Of a stretch of 64,000 bases of DNA, positions 30,301 through 40,727 are shown piece by piece (within the stretch, counting starts at the first letter, position 1; every line of letters starts with the position of its first letter). The notes below the pieces were generated by a model, which had not been told where the DNA came from, did not search any database, and saw only the letters and a program-made list of their open reading frames with translations. The stretch comes from an uncultured Planctomycetia bacterium. Its GTDB lineage: Bacteria > Omnitrophota > Gorgyraeia > 2-01-FULL-45-10. Location of the stretch: the NCBI GenBank assembly GCA_964450115.1, contig CAYVCD010000001.1, forward strand, positions 8,410-72,409, written 5' to 3'. Position numbers and translations under genes: made by a program.

Positions 30301-31135
30301 AATAGGATCAAAAATAGATACATCCACAAACGCGATAAAAACAGAGACGAGCGCGATAAAAGCTGAGACAGCCAAAATTTTAACGGCGACTGAAAGCACT
30401 ATTCCGACGCAGATCAGGGAGACGGTGGAGCCATCTCTAAGATCAGAGATCCTTAACAGGGAGAGCACGATGCGGCTCGGCAGTAAGCTTATGGTACGGT
30501 ATCGTACTTACCCGGGCCTCGAACCGGTTATTACTGTTTACGATCCGCGTAATAAGCTAAAGATCTCCCAATCCCCGATGAAAGAGGTTGCCGGTTCGTC
30601 GGGTATATATGAGCATGAGGTATTTCTTGCAAACGGGTGGACCGTGGGCGATTATACGATCGTTTGTTCAGAGTCCAGTAAGGGGACGATGGATGCATTG
30701 ATCATATCCGCGATAAGGACCGATCTTGAGGATATATCGGGGCAGGTATCCAGCATACTTGGCACGACCACGAGCCTAGCCAACCTTAAAGATGTCGCCG
30801 ATACGTTGAACAGCCAGTTCAGCATCATCGAATCGGCGCTTGGCAAGATAAGCACCGACCTCGTGAATAAGGTCAAAGAGGTTGCCTCAAGCGCCACCGA
30901 TATAGAATCCGTATATGGACAGCTCGTCAAGATAGGCAAGGAGCTGAAGACTCTCGGAGCCAGTCAGGATGTGAACCTGAGTAAGCTGCTAGAGGTCTCT
31001 AAAGAGAAGAGCCAGGATATGAAGTACCTGAAGAATAAGACGCAGCAGCTGAAGGCCGCTATGGAATTGAATAACAAGATGGTCGAGAACATGGCTCACA
31101 AGCCTGTAACCCAGACATGGTTCGAATATAAATAA
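18383..31135 (+). CDS. giant (4250 aa) secreted/surface protein: signal peptide, more than 20 Kelch-like beta-propeller blades, LamG/ConA-like domain, at least 10 tandem Ig-like ~100-aa repeats, Thr/Ser-rich coiled-coil C-terminal region
   Basis: Uninterrupted 12.75-kb ORF. N-terminal hydrophobic signal. Recurrent blade motifs (YIFVLRGG, YVYILNGG, IYFVAGGD, LYIVDGN…). LamG-like segment (FSLWIKPEVDPSGSCLL…WHNIVWVLKG). Repeats with an ITWT..G signature. C-terminal AIKTETSAIKAETAKIL heptads. Confidence 0.8.
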   Translation: MIYMKSLKGNAIVSGCFKLAFIAFLMTGLWTSTTASNPDYYEWTQNNWNSSANPAAQGSHPGSQTGWTNYFSKDTPLGIDTSSGKVKLATLPYTITNTTPTDFNSTEFQNIEKVSDGNGALRLLPTINDPFANNELRKWRALPSTPYFNANTRFTRMGDYIYSIFVSGDGKQFGRIKVSDISDPAILPKWQFLTSLPVPLGAGAAITNDGQYIFVLRGGGSNAAYFYLPPEGTNPGTNPFTTADNPITLPVAGSEDPVLAWPKFSSLSEGAQKGSSVIHVGTIADRFAKVADRGQLYAVSGGNRTGFFYYDTFNKEWRRFTNPSRAAVNVGATLIHRGGDSVYLVFGDGYNGRIDRFSRSSGTWSNASSNTFFPKDPNLISFPTLWEGSVCSYPGSGDYVYAAFCYYTYMQPYRSGANHTLRGFFRFGPLSDPNPTWQRLDDAPAWIETTASIIYDPGAGTGAEGNKLHLFSGRNYTRPWVYKTDNPDPSQNHWETMSMPLTYTTNSSMVYVKADTYTGNKDYMYMVVRNTWFLRYDVAANKWDLLAYLPETAGDHPGNRLTYLNGYIYYLAGNNSADPLDGYKSGFYRYRVSQTLNGSDSWDPKTVLPQFPRVDLNTSDAIFNNVNAGSGIIGISQGGRNFIYGIRSSSSSYFYAMEIGADNAPVGGWITMPSTRDKYNNLTTFNTTNLVYPGYPEDGGQHTYIYAITYFNTVSVRSGYCIYKYGPIEHDTDTDPSTAAQWTELSATYPHDVTTGHNMSIAYPGTGQYLYTTTGTSDTSLGRYNMPTGEWTKLDTVVPVAYEYYSHAVGGNNSVYLTTYYSQNSFYRYDVTSGRWDDLPMDQGGFYFEAGNAVKDSNNNVYFVGGRSGDNISSHLWIYSTSLKKWVGLMRAPFHLSRGTKAEYLSGKDNSINSIYVTEGRQSNRFCKYNITNDAWSFCKPIKTAVTTGSQITTDGISKIYFVAGGDAIGKTVWIYNALQDDGQADPWGEFRESLKLPFASTVTADLMEYAQGNLYLVAQNSNTFYKYQVDGQLSGWDSTSLRPVGDSGSGSTIVPSGGICLYYPGAGSKLYCIPRDGFSDFLSYDIGTDLWSPLKEMPWIPSAGVSAIIDAGESWVYTYNSAWRDILIRYDKTDNIWDAIPSMPAALKGNSALCAYKGYVYILNGGAGDGSFSRYNTEGEVWEQLQSPYSANSSFTFPNQGIFALPVENPYDGKAYIYFTEGYGLSRFFRYSINDNTWQTVTAPPGGTTWKYGNSMTQVGNYLYIVDGNGTNFWKYRLDDFYDMSFSVPLPESVGRGASVAYSSYDGRVYFFSGARFSYFYKWLPGATGWTPLASCPVSVNDSQSNLLYPGFGKYLYYIQGSSYGYSDPSSVFLRYSMDPTTPASDRWTELTPSSFGIYVPGTLLYAGGQNFYVAKGYDSVFLSKYSAFCFGDYVSKPIEVGRHCKWGTISWDSIGSGSVGVSARTGSKLLNANLTDALDWGQVTSVGNGQNLSDPSRPLSSIKDTDKYIQYRVDFSTDETGVGVIMPRLDEIRINWEKYASEKTLVSSPYNTGWDKNRLRKLMWNNAGALMNPTGSEIRFQLRTSANGSAWSDWLGPLGTRMSTYALSDDSLYVRSGDIKQLNASDSCASLYYELENFNFWQDVAISNNGPSSIAAGQVALIDINSSATHFWNNVASSGQDIRFFDGTNKMSYFLAKFDNQSDIAQIAVKLNSAIAPGATMHVYMFYGNARAFSESNDIIRNLTAIKTDPSISNIGWWDCDQRMVASSAYYTPDSSGMGTRLYMRKNIVVKSGEGVSGGNAFYMDGASGYMTTYRVSSSFSYKGLDRTFSLWIKPEVDPSGSCLLSSYPINGYNYRIQLNSAREMTIYISNSTPGTAFKDFSVKANAKIPADSSWHNIVWVLKGKNGAITGAVNNGAGKVRYTTSSPHSLTPFTPISVFAMGEPTYNTLQTITSVPDATHFDTAIDYVANADVTGTYCAGGTTSLYLDGTLVGGPFTHYITDWSYVDTSFPSGTNYIFGSYTDYDNSDRSWLYKGYVDNLSFYNYAFDETLAKCMYAGANRNLATVFSGGYTDNTGANLKNTGKFYTTNPTIEPIYGVFYNYGDGDTLASFVQDPSVNALGTSIKYQVSPDGYNWYWWDSTAPAGGAWVIASGGTSQANVYTEINANLSTFRNINLPTGVSAASGDFYWRAYLMSTDGGTSNPQLRNVTINVTNGASSYYTDPAGLKNINIENENCVADRWIQYKAILYSDGENTPTLNDVVLRYIEPYITIGSPSGGETWVAATTENITWTSHGLEATKAAPATHGVQLKYSIDNGVSWVSPAITNDAPNSNTLPWNIPFDPSPQARVSIASSDYPVITATSPGSFRILGIILNLPNGGEIWERGSLHSIEYRTSGYGSPSTKLKLQLSNDGGLSYNTTLAQEQTDAPPWQIPWRINQSASDNIKLRIYDANPVFCTPSIRIVDESNSLFSIVEPPKIIIDRVMKVPEEEVIDGKMIAGKRYRIEWHTTSQHFAENFILEYSKDNFATPGISIGTAASGVSGGVFPAPASQLQCNYVWLVIPYDIADIKLKIREDPATVPSQRDTPAPQEATIALSIIEPYFTIVRPNAGEIFVSGDKEKITWTTTGSVTGPFKLEYCTDYNEVDPGASSWMTIETNTAYPYLPGSIPPDVREYIWPVPIVTQDKENCRIRITDISTNTITDMSDVSFKIISHEKIAITTPDGGEEWVMGVPYNITWGANGQSVLSKQSPVYVYLYYSTDDGKTYNEIPEIGPQVAWKESCEWTPELPVSTTKAKIKIEALDLNAHPYLVDASEGVFSIKDPSISRIWLEHDGTEVASAYATGNYDIRWESYGAVSNNIKIEYRLNGAAWQTLTASTTTQEGSARLKPWEIPKSDGALLEFKMTDNNRASVVKISDVFSITKPVINITAPAADFPWVVGLSGTVSWTTQGGDFQAIKRLKVQCIADATHTYDIGEITTGLEANAGSFDWTLPANAPLSTAVNKATIKIFDPDPSGSGVTATLQFNIKEPSLIVDVPTQADSWRIGSQNKTISWHRLGMVTYPIHIYCRTQDGAEHLLADIGDTNVSASWNWTSVDFPGIIPGTSYIVIRDSTVPVPIVTKFDTERNGLFTIEAPRIKILGPGDPKKIDNSTDNPNYGQQWTTTDSRGVEWECDGMMDGPLFKVEWSRSVGETVAASGTIAEGINSESRLALWSDIPQEAVGPNVRLKITNTGSAYGTFAQSAPFTVFPVPEFLTLTALDPVTDASTNTVRIGNTYKVKWTRNVAAFSNALELSFALTGSPAMSDWRPITETPVARDLEYYTWTIPHTDMMPYAGAKLRIYDTASWKSSSAAHTEKIVSVDIGRPVFNNIKLLKPGSAQAVNCIALAEVADIRWGWDGYISEDNNSVSIKLIEDLNDNGKIDINEYSAQIGTSSNTGSYNGWIVPVNAPATNKARIVLQDIFANYGLGNEVIDASEKFTIINQPEITLVTPNGGQDYIIGTDKISFEWTSRGISVDEVKIELSSDDFNPASTPYLVTDAAHPDGKFPNTGELRDWLIQQDSAAGSHVKARISMVGRESEIFDVSNNSFRIRSGFIVKTPALNEKWATNEIKDITWDTKGAIQKVSLFYSIDNGMNFNPIPGAKNIDNTGSFSWRVPNERTDINVTKAQIMVKDAGDTEGIIQNKSEPFDIIWYKIKFYIIDKDTYSPIGNLIVRSKDDTALYYPGWNVPIDLVSAQENDYLSSPISYEFPAGTFVVTWSTRPDASGKSPYFDRGVEVKSNVENSRKGILVELESVISAQIEWHVILTNSYVAQSDTLSATAWIERRGKLQEPIPMDTSEPPDGIPDTLDKSNFKSCELKVYDYDTDTNTPLKVFTDVLPDDKGLYKFVWNPTGLQEGKTYFVRATITYGVSSTPYTSGGTFDISVTKAQSQMITEHAEQKTLLETITGQAAVIQTAVTTTIPQKIDEATSIIGSKIDTSTNAIKTETSAIKAETAKILTATESTIPTQIRETVEPSLRSEILNRESTMRLGSKLMVRYRTYPGLEPVITVYDPRNKLKISQSPMKEVAGSSGIYEHEVFLANGWTVGDYTIVCSESSKGTMDALIISAIRTDLEDISGQVSSILGTTTSLANLKDVADTLNSQFSIIESALGKISTDLVNKVKEVASSATDIESVYGQLVKIGKELKTLGASQDVNLSKLLEVSKEKSQDMKYLKNKTQQLKAAMELNNKMVENMAHKPVTQTWFEYK

Positions 31136-31154
31136 TTTTTGGAAAGGGAGTGAT

Positions 31155-31949
31155 ATGAGGAAGATATTCTGTCTCGCTATTTTTATGATAGCATTATCGA
31201 TCTTTGTTTCCAATTCCTATGCCGGAATAGTCCTGAAAGTCCTTGCCGCAAATCCATCTAAAACGGAAAAACAATCGGTCATTGTGAAAGCGTACTTGCC
31301 TAAAGAGGTGAAGCCCGAAGATGTTGTGGATAAGGGTGACCTCGAGATAGCGTATGACAATCAGCAGGGTTCTTACTATGTATATGGAGAATATAGCCTC
31401 GACCCGGGCCAGAGCATAGACCGAGATGTGGAGATGCACGATATATGGCAGGTGCCCGCCACAGAGATGGAGTCGATAAGGGCCGAAGCCGAAAAGACCT
31501 CAAAGTTACTGGAGAATACCGATTTCCGGGATAGGATGAGTTTCCTGAAGCAGAGTATAGACGCCAAATTGAAAGAGATAGAGGGTAGGCAGAGTATTCC
31601 GGCGGTGAACCCTGAGCGCCATATATCTAACTACCGCGATAACGTGAAGCTGTTAGAATCGGTGAAATCCGATCTTGTAGTATTAAGGAGCCTGCTGGCC
31701 CAGGCAAAAGGATTGCCGGCGACCGCGGTATGGCGCCTCATATTGATAATAATCAGTTTTCTCGGGGTTATCGGCGCGGGCTCATATATCATATGGCAGA
31801 GGCAGATGAAGCTGGTGGAGATACCGGCGGCAAAAGCCTTAAAGAAGGAAGAAGACGATAAGCAGGATGCTAGCAAAAAGGTCGAGTCCAAAGATGATGA
31901 TCTCGAAGCGGCGGAAAACATAGAGAAGCTGCTGCGAGGGGATAAATAG
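31155..31949 (+). CDS. signal-peptide protein with a coiled-coil, a C-terminal TM anchor and an acidic tail
   Basis: SP MRKIFCLAIFMIALSIFVSNSYA. TM AVWRLILIIISFLGVIGAGSYIIW. GGGAG RBS. Function unknown. Confidence 0.5.
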   Translation: MRKIFCLAIFMIALSIFVSNSYAGIVLKVLAANPSKTEKQSVIVKAYLPKEVKPEDVVDKGDLEIAYDNQQGSYYVYGEYSLDPGQSIDRDVEMHDIWQVPATEMESIRAEAEKTSKLLENTDFRDRMSFLKQSIDAKLKEIEGRQSIPAVNPERHISNYRDNVKLLESVKSDLVVLRSLLAQAKGLPATAVWRLILIIISFLGVIGAGSYIIWQRQMKLVEIPAAKALKKEEDDKQDASKKVESKDDDLEAAENIEKLLRGDK

Positions 31950-31960
31950 TGAGACGATCT

Positions 31961-32043
31961 CTCATTCCCGAATGTTTTTATCGGGAATCCAAACAAGATA
32001 AAATTCTTGTTATAGATTCCCGCTTTCGCGGGAATGACATATT
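31961..32043. repeat. REP-like palindromic doublet (ATTCCCGA-atgttttta-TCGGGAAT and ATTCCCGC-TTTC-GCGGGAAT-gaca, inverted)
   Basis: Same hairpin family as 971–1039 and 2714–2741. Lies in the gap and overlaps the GTG-31949 N-terminal extension of the next ORF. Confidence 0.55.
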
Positions 32044-32056
32044 CGATCTTTTTTTT

Positions 32057-32851
32057 ATGTTGAAATGCCGCGCAATCGCCATTGTCCTCGCAATGACGAT
32101 TTTTATTTTATACTCATCTACGGCCGCTAACGCCGCTACGCTCGAAGAGTCTTTTTGGGATTCCAAACAGAGCACCCATTTTACCGTATATTACAAGAGC
32201 ACAGAATCGAATGACTATGTGAACGAGGTTCTGCGGTACGCTGAAAAGTACTATGACAATATCACCGAGGAGCTCGGTTTCAGGCGATTTGACTTCTGGA
32301 CATGGGAGAAGGCCTGCAAGATATACCTGTATGCTACGGCAAAGGAGTATTATGACTCTACCGGCCAGCCCGAGTGGTCAGGAGCGACCGCTTACTTAAA
32401 AGAGCGCACCATAAGGACATTCATCCGCAGGGAGATGTTTCTGGATACTATATTGCCGCATGAGATGGCGCACCTCATATTCAGGGAGTTCGTGGGATAT
32501 AAAGTGCCGCTGCCTCTATGGCTGGACGAAGGCGTCTCCTCACTTATGGAGAATAATAAGAGGAAGGAGTATCTCTTTCTGGCGAAGTCGCTCGCGAAGT
32601 CTCAGATATTCATACCGCTTCCCAAGCTCACAAGGATAGTCAGGGAAGGGCTGGTGATGCCCGGAGTATTCTATGCCGAATCGGCCAGCGTTATAGAGTT
32701 CCTATTACAGAAATACGGCAGGGAAAAATTTGTTGATTATTGCAGAAGGTTAAGGGATAATAAGAACTGGGAGTTGTCTCTCAAAGAAGCGTATAAGTTC
32801 AAGGATCTTTCCGAGATGAATGATAAGTGGCTGGAGTTCCTTTTACAATAA
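32057..32851 (+). CDS. secreted HExxH metallopeptidase-like protein (peptidase MA-like domain)
   Basis: Start ATG 32057 gives a signal peptide MLKCRAIAIVLAMTIFILYSSTAANA. Zinc motif LPHEMAHLIF…WLDEG (HExxH plus a downstream Glu). Confidence 0.55.
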   Translation: MLKCRAIAIVLAMTIFILYSSTAANAATLEESFWDSKQSTHFTVYYKSTESNDYVNEVLRYAEKYYDNITEELGFRRFDFWTWEKACKIYLYATAKEYYDSTGQPEWSGATAYLKERTIRTFIRREMFLDTILPHEMAHLIFREFVGYKVPLPLWLDEGVSSLMENNKRKEYLFLAKSLAKSQIFIPLPKLTRIVREGLVMPGVFYAESASVIEFLLQKYGREKFVDYCRRLRDNKNWELSLKEAYKFKDLSEMNDKWLEFLLQ

Positions 32852-33091
32852 ATGAAAGTATATATAAATACCGTTTTTGAGGAAGTCTACTCCGGAGATG
32901 CGAAAGAGGTGGTTCTCCCCGGCGACGAGGGAGAGCTGTCTTTAATGAATTTTCACCAACCTATCGTCTGCCGCCTCGCAAAAGGTACAGTCAGGATAAT
33001 CTTACCCCAAGGCGTCAAATCGATCCCCATAACAGACGGAATAGCGCACATGGAAGGCGATACGTTAAAGATAATGGCGGAGGTGGCTTAA
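32852..33091 (+). CDS. atpC: F-type ATPase epsilon subunit, truncated (beta-sandwich domain only, 79 aa)
   Basis: MKVYINTVFEEVYSGDAKEVVLPGDEGELSLMNFHQPIVCRLAKG… matches the epsilon N-terminal domain. No C-terminal helical hairpin. Confidence 0.65.
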   Translation: MKVYINTVFEEVYSGDAKEVVLPGDEGELSLMNFHQPIVCRLAKGTVRIILPQGVKSIPITDGIAHMEGDTLKIMAEVA

Positions 33092-33093
33092 GA

Positions 33094-33306
33094 ATGCTGC
33101 GTAACCTTACTATCATAATAATAATGTTCCTGAGTACATTCGGGCCCGCTGTGGTCATCGCTCTCGTCGGCTCTTCGGCTGTAAAGGCGGTGGGCAGGAA
33201 CCCCTCAGCTTCCGCCAGGATACTGTCCGCTATGATAATAGCGTTCATATTCGCGGAGGCGATAGCGGTGCTGGCGATCCTCATGGTATTTAATATATTC
33301 AAGTAA
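33094..33306 (+). CDS. atpE: F-type ATPase subunit c
   Basis: 70-aa two-helix proteolipid with the ion-binding carboxylate in IIAFIFAEAIAVLAIL. Confidence 0.8.
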   Translation: MLRNLTIIIIMFLSTFGPAVVIALVGSSAVKAVGRNPSASARILSAMIIAFIFAEAIAVLAILMVFNIFK

Positions 33307-33328
33307 CGTAAAGAAGGGGCCTTATATT

Positions 33329-34054
33329 ATGCTGTCCCAGCTTATTGCACTGCAGGTCATCACCTTTATAGCGTTGGCGCTCCTATTAAAGATGTTATTC
33401 TCCCGCCATCTTGACTCCGCCCTGAAGAGACTGAAGAAGCTCCAGAATGAGACCCTCATGCGCGAAAACCAGCTTAAAGAGGAGCTCGATAAGGCCAAGA
33501 GCGATCGTCAGGCCGAGATCGATAAGGGGAAGGCGGAGGGCAAGGCTCTGGTTGAGCAGGCAAAGAAGGAGATAGAGGCCATGAGAGGCGGCGCTGAAGA
33601 GGACGCGAAGCGCCAGGAGAAGAAGGTCTTCGCCCGTGGCCAGGAAGAGCTTGAAAAATTAAAAGTAAAACTTACGCAAGGCGTAGAGGCCGAGGCCATG
33701 CAGATCTCGATGGATCTGATAGAGCGTACCTTTACCGAAAAGGGCAAGGACCAGATGCAGAGGCAGTTCATAGATGAGCTTATAGAAGATGTCGAGAAGC
33801 TCGAAAAGAGCAAGTTCTCCGTGAAGACGAATAAAGCCAAAGTCCTGACCAGCCTTCCTCTTACGGAAAAAGAGAAGGAGCGGCTTAAGAAGACGCTATC
33901 CGCGAAAATGGGTTCTGAAGTGACGATCGCGGAAGAGAAGAAGAAGGACCTTATAATGGGGCTTATCATACAGTTGGGTGCCCTGGAGATAGACGGAAGT
34001 TTAAGCAATAAGCTACGCAAGGCCTTATCGATGATAAAAAAAGACAGGGCATAA
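33329..34054 (+). CDS. F-type ATPase b subunit fused to a delta (OSCP)-like C-terminal domain
   Basis: N-terminal TM, long charged coiled-coil (b-like), C-terminus …DLIMGLIIQLGALEIDGSLSNKLRKALSMI like the delta C-terminus. Confidence 0.55.
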   Translation: MLSQLIALQVITFIALALLLKMLFSRHLDSALKRLKKLQNETLMRENQLKEELDKAKSDRQAEIDKGKAEGKALVEQAKKEIEAMRGGAEEDAKRQEKKVFARGQEELEKLKVKLTQGVEAEAMQISMDLIERTFTEKGKDQMQRQFIDELIEDVEKLEKSKFSVKTNKAKVLTSLPLTEKEKERLKKTLSAKMGSEVTIAEEKKKDLIMGLIIQLGALEIDGSLSNKLRKALSMIKKDRA

Positions 34055-35530
34055 TGGTATCCAAAACGAATATAGCCAGCCTCGATATACGCGAAGTGGG
34101 CGTGGTTAAGGAGCTGAAGCAGGGCATCGTAAAGGTCTCCGGGCTACCCTCCTGCATATTCGGGCAGCTTGTCGAGTTCAGCCGCGGCTCTAAAGGCATG
34201 GTGATGGGCTTTAACCTCGAAGAGGTGCTTATCATAGTGCTCGGTGACGACAGTCTCATAAATATGGGCGATACCGTAACGAGCCGCTCGGAACTATTGA
34301 GCGTGCCGGTAGGAGATAATTTTGCGGGCAGAGTTGTTGACTGCCTTGCCAGGCCCATCGACGGCAGGCCCGCCATAACAGCGACCGATCATTATCCGGT
34401 ATTCCGTGAGGCGCTTGGCGTCATGGAGAGAGAGCCGATAACCGTGCCGCTTCATACCGGGACGAAGATACTAGATCTTGTTATACCTATCGGCAAGGGG
34501 CAGAGAGAGCTCATCATAGGCGACCGTCAGACCGGCAAGACGAGTATAGCTATCGATGCCATACTCAGCCAAAAGGGCAGGAATGTCGTATGTGTCTACT
34601 GTTACATAGGCGGAAGTTATTCCGCTCTTAAGAAGACGATGAATCTCCTGAACGAGAAAGGCGCGCTATCTTACACTATAATAGTATGCGCTACCGCCTC
34701 GAGCACTCCGGCCGAGCAGTATCTGGTGCCTTATACCGCGGCAAGCCTCGGCGAATATTTCATGTTCAACGGAAAAGATTCTCTTGTAGTATTCGATGAC
34801 CTTACAAAACATGCATGGGCATACAGGCAGATATCGCTTCTTATGGAGCGGCCGCCCGGCAGAGAGGCGTATCCCGGTGACATATTCTATGTGCACTCAC
34901 AGCTGATGGAACGCGCCGGCAGGCTGCGCGCAGGACTTGGAGCAGGCACTATGACATTTTTGCCGATAGTGAATACTCTGCAGGGTGATATAACCGGATA
35001 TATACAATCGAACCTCGTCTCTATGACCGATGGACAGGTCTATTTGAGCTCGAACCTATTCTTTGAAGGCTTCAAACCAGCCATAGATCTCGGGCTATCC
35101 GTTTCGCGTATCGGCAGTAAGGTCCAGTCCGGCGCAATGCGATTTGCAAGTTCGGGCCTGAGGCTGCAGTACGCGCAGTACCGCGAATTGCAAAGGCTGA
35201 CCCGGCTGAGAACGAAGCTCTCCAAGGAAGCCATGAGCGATATAAAACGCGGCGAGACTTTAAGAGAGCTTTTGATACAGGAGAACGGAAGACCGTTAAG
35301 CCTGGCCGAGGAGATAGTGCTATTCTACGCGTTCAAGAAGAAGGTGCTCGAGATATTGAAGCCGGAGCTCTTGAAGACATTTAAGAAAGAGTTCTTCTCT
35401 TTTATTTGCAATACTAATCCGACGCTAGTAGATAAGATAGAGAAGGCAGAGGAGCTGACCGATGAGATCAGGGTCTCGCTCGATAAAGCGCTGATAAACT
35501 TTTTCCAGGACAGCAAAGAGGCCAGCAAGA

Positions 35531-35547
<17 letters not shown>
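34054..35547 (+). CDS. atpA: F-type ATPase alpha subunit
   Basis: P-loop GDRQTGKTSIAIDAIL. …AYRQISLLMERPPGREAYPGDIFYVHSQLMERA…. Confidence 0.9.
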
Positions 35548-39443
<3,896 letters not shown>

Positions 39444-39500
39444 CAGAACTGAAAGATTAGTAGGGCAGGTTTAAACCTGCCCTACCGATGTGAATAACTT

Positions 39501-40727
39501 ATGCCAAACTATTACTATAAAGCGAAGCACGGCCTCGAAGAGACCCTTGAAGGTTCGATAGAGGCGGCAAATCAGGACGAGGCTCTGCAGAAACTGATAG
39601 CGAAAGGGCTCTTTCCGATCACTATAAAAGAGTCCTCTCTGAGCGCGAAGAAAGCAGCAAAAAAATTCCGTATGAAGATAGGCCCGGACAAGATAAAGTC
39701 AGGCGAGCTATTAACATTCATAAGGAAACTCGCCACTCTTACCAGGGCTAAGGTGGAGCTGCTATCGAGCCTCAAGATACTTTACGAACAGACTGAGAAC
39801 GAACGCTTTAAGGCGATCGTATTGGATCTTTACAATGCTACGAAGGAAGGGAAGCCTTTTTCGGAGAGCCTGGCCCGCTATCCCGACGTCTTCTCGTTCA
39901 TACTGGTGAATATAGTGAGGGCTGGAGAGGCGAGCGGACATCTCGATGCGAGCCTCGACCAGATAGCCGAGTTCATGCAGCGCGAGGAGGGCCTGAAGAA
40001 CAAGATCCTGGTAGCGCTGGCGTATCCCGGCCTTCTACTTATGGTGGGGGTCGTGAGCATATTCGTATTGATAAATTTCGTCATTCCAAAGCTTAAGCCT
40101 ATATTCGATTCACTCGGAGCTAAAGAGCTGCCGCTCATAACTAAAATAATATTGAATATAAGCGTCATTTCGCAAAAGAGCTGGTGGATATTTGCTATAG
40201 CGTTCGCAATTTTGGCGGTGATCATATATCAGCAGAAGGGTCTGCCGTATTTTAAAACAATGGCCGGAAAATTAAAGTCAAGCCTGCCCATAGTAAAGAA
40301 CCTTTCCGTGAACCAGGAACTGGCACATTTCTCGAGGAGCCTTGCGCTCCTTTTGACTAGCGGTGTGCCGGCATTGAGGAGCCTGGAGATCGTGACGCCC
40401 AGCATAGAGAATAAGGCTCTTAAGGAAGGGCTTAAGAAGGTCTGCCAGCAGGTTGCCGCTGGAAAGACCATCTCGAAGAGTATGGAAGAGTCGACGGGAC
40501 TGCCCACCTTCTTCACAAAGATGGTCGCCGTCGGTGAGGAGTCCGGCAGACTGTCCGAGGTCCTGACGGAACTGTCGAGGTCTTATACTCAGCAGATAGA
40601 ATCCGATATAGTTTTAGTCTCCTCGCTTATAGAGCCCGTTCTGATACTTACTCTAGGACTCGTGCTGGGCACGATTGTTCTATCGATACTTCTGCCAACA
40701 TTCCAGGTAACACAGATGGTGCGTTGA
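39501..40727 (+). CDS. gspF: type II secretion system platform protein GspF/PilC family
   Basis: 408 aa, two T2SSF repeats, three TM segments. Confidence 0.85.
   Translation: MPNYYYKAKHGLEETLEGSIEAANQDEALQKLIAKGLFPITIKESSLSAKKAAKKFRMKIGPDKIKSGELLTFIRKLATLTRAKVELLSSLKILYEQTENERFKAIVLDLYNATKEGKPFSESLARYPDVFSFILVNIVRAGEASGHLDASLDQIAEFMQREEGLKNKILVALAYPGLLLMVGVVSIFVLINFVIPKLKPIFDSLGAKELPLITKIILNISVISQKSWWIFAIAFAILAVIIYQQKGLPYFKTMAGKLKSSLPIVKNLSVNQELAHFSRSLALLLTSGVPALRSLEIVTPSIENKALKEGLKKVCQQVAAGKTISKSMEESTGLPTFFTKMVAVGEESGRLSEVLTELSRSYTQQIESDIVLVSSLIEPVLILTLGLVLGTIVLSILLPTFQVTQMVR

Noticed and set aside
31155-32851. Candidate for the missing ATP synthase a subunit among the two ORFs preceding atpC
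   Set aside because: Neither is polytopic. One has a single C-terminal TM and the other is a soluble secreted HExxH protein. No 5–6-TM a-subunit-like ORF exists anywhere in the window.
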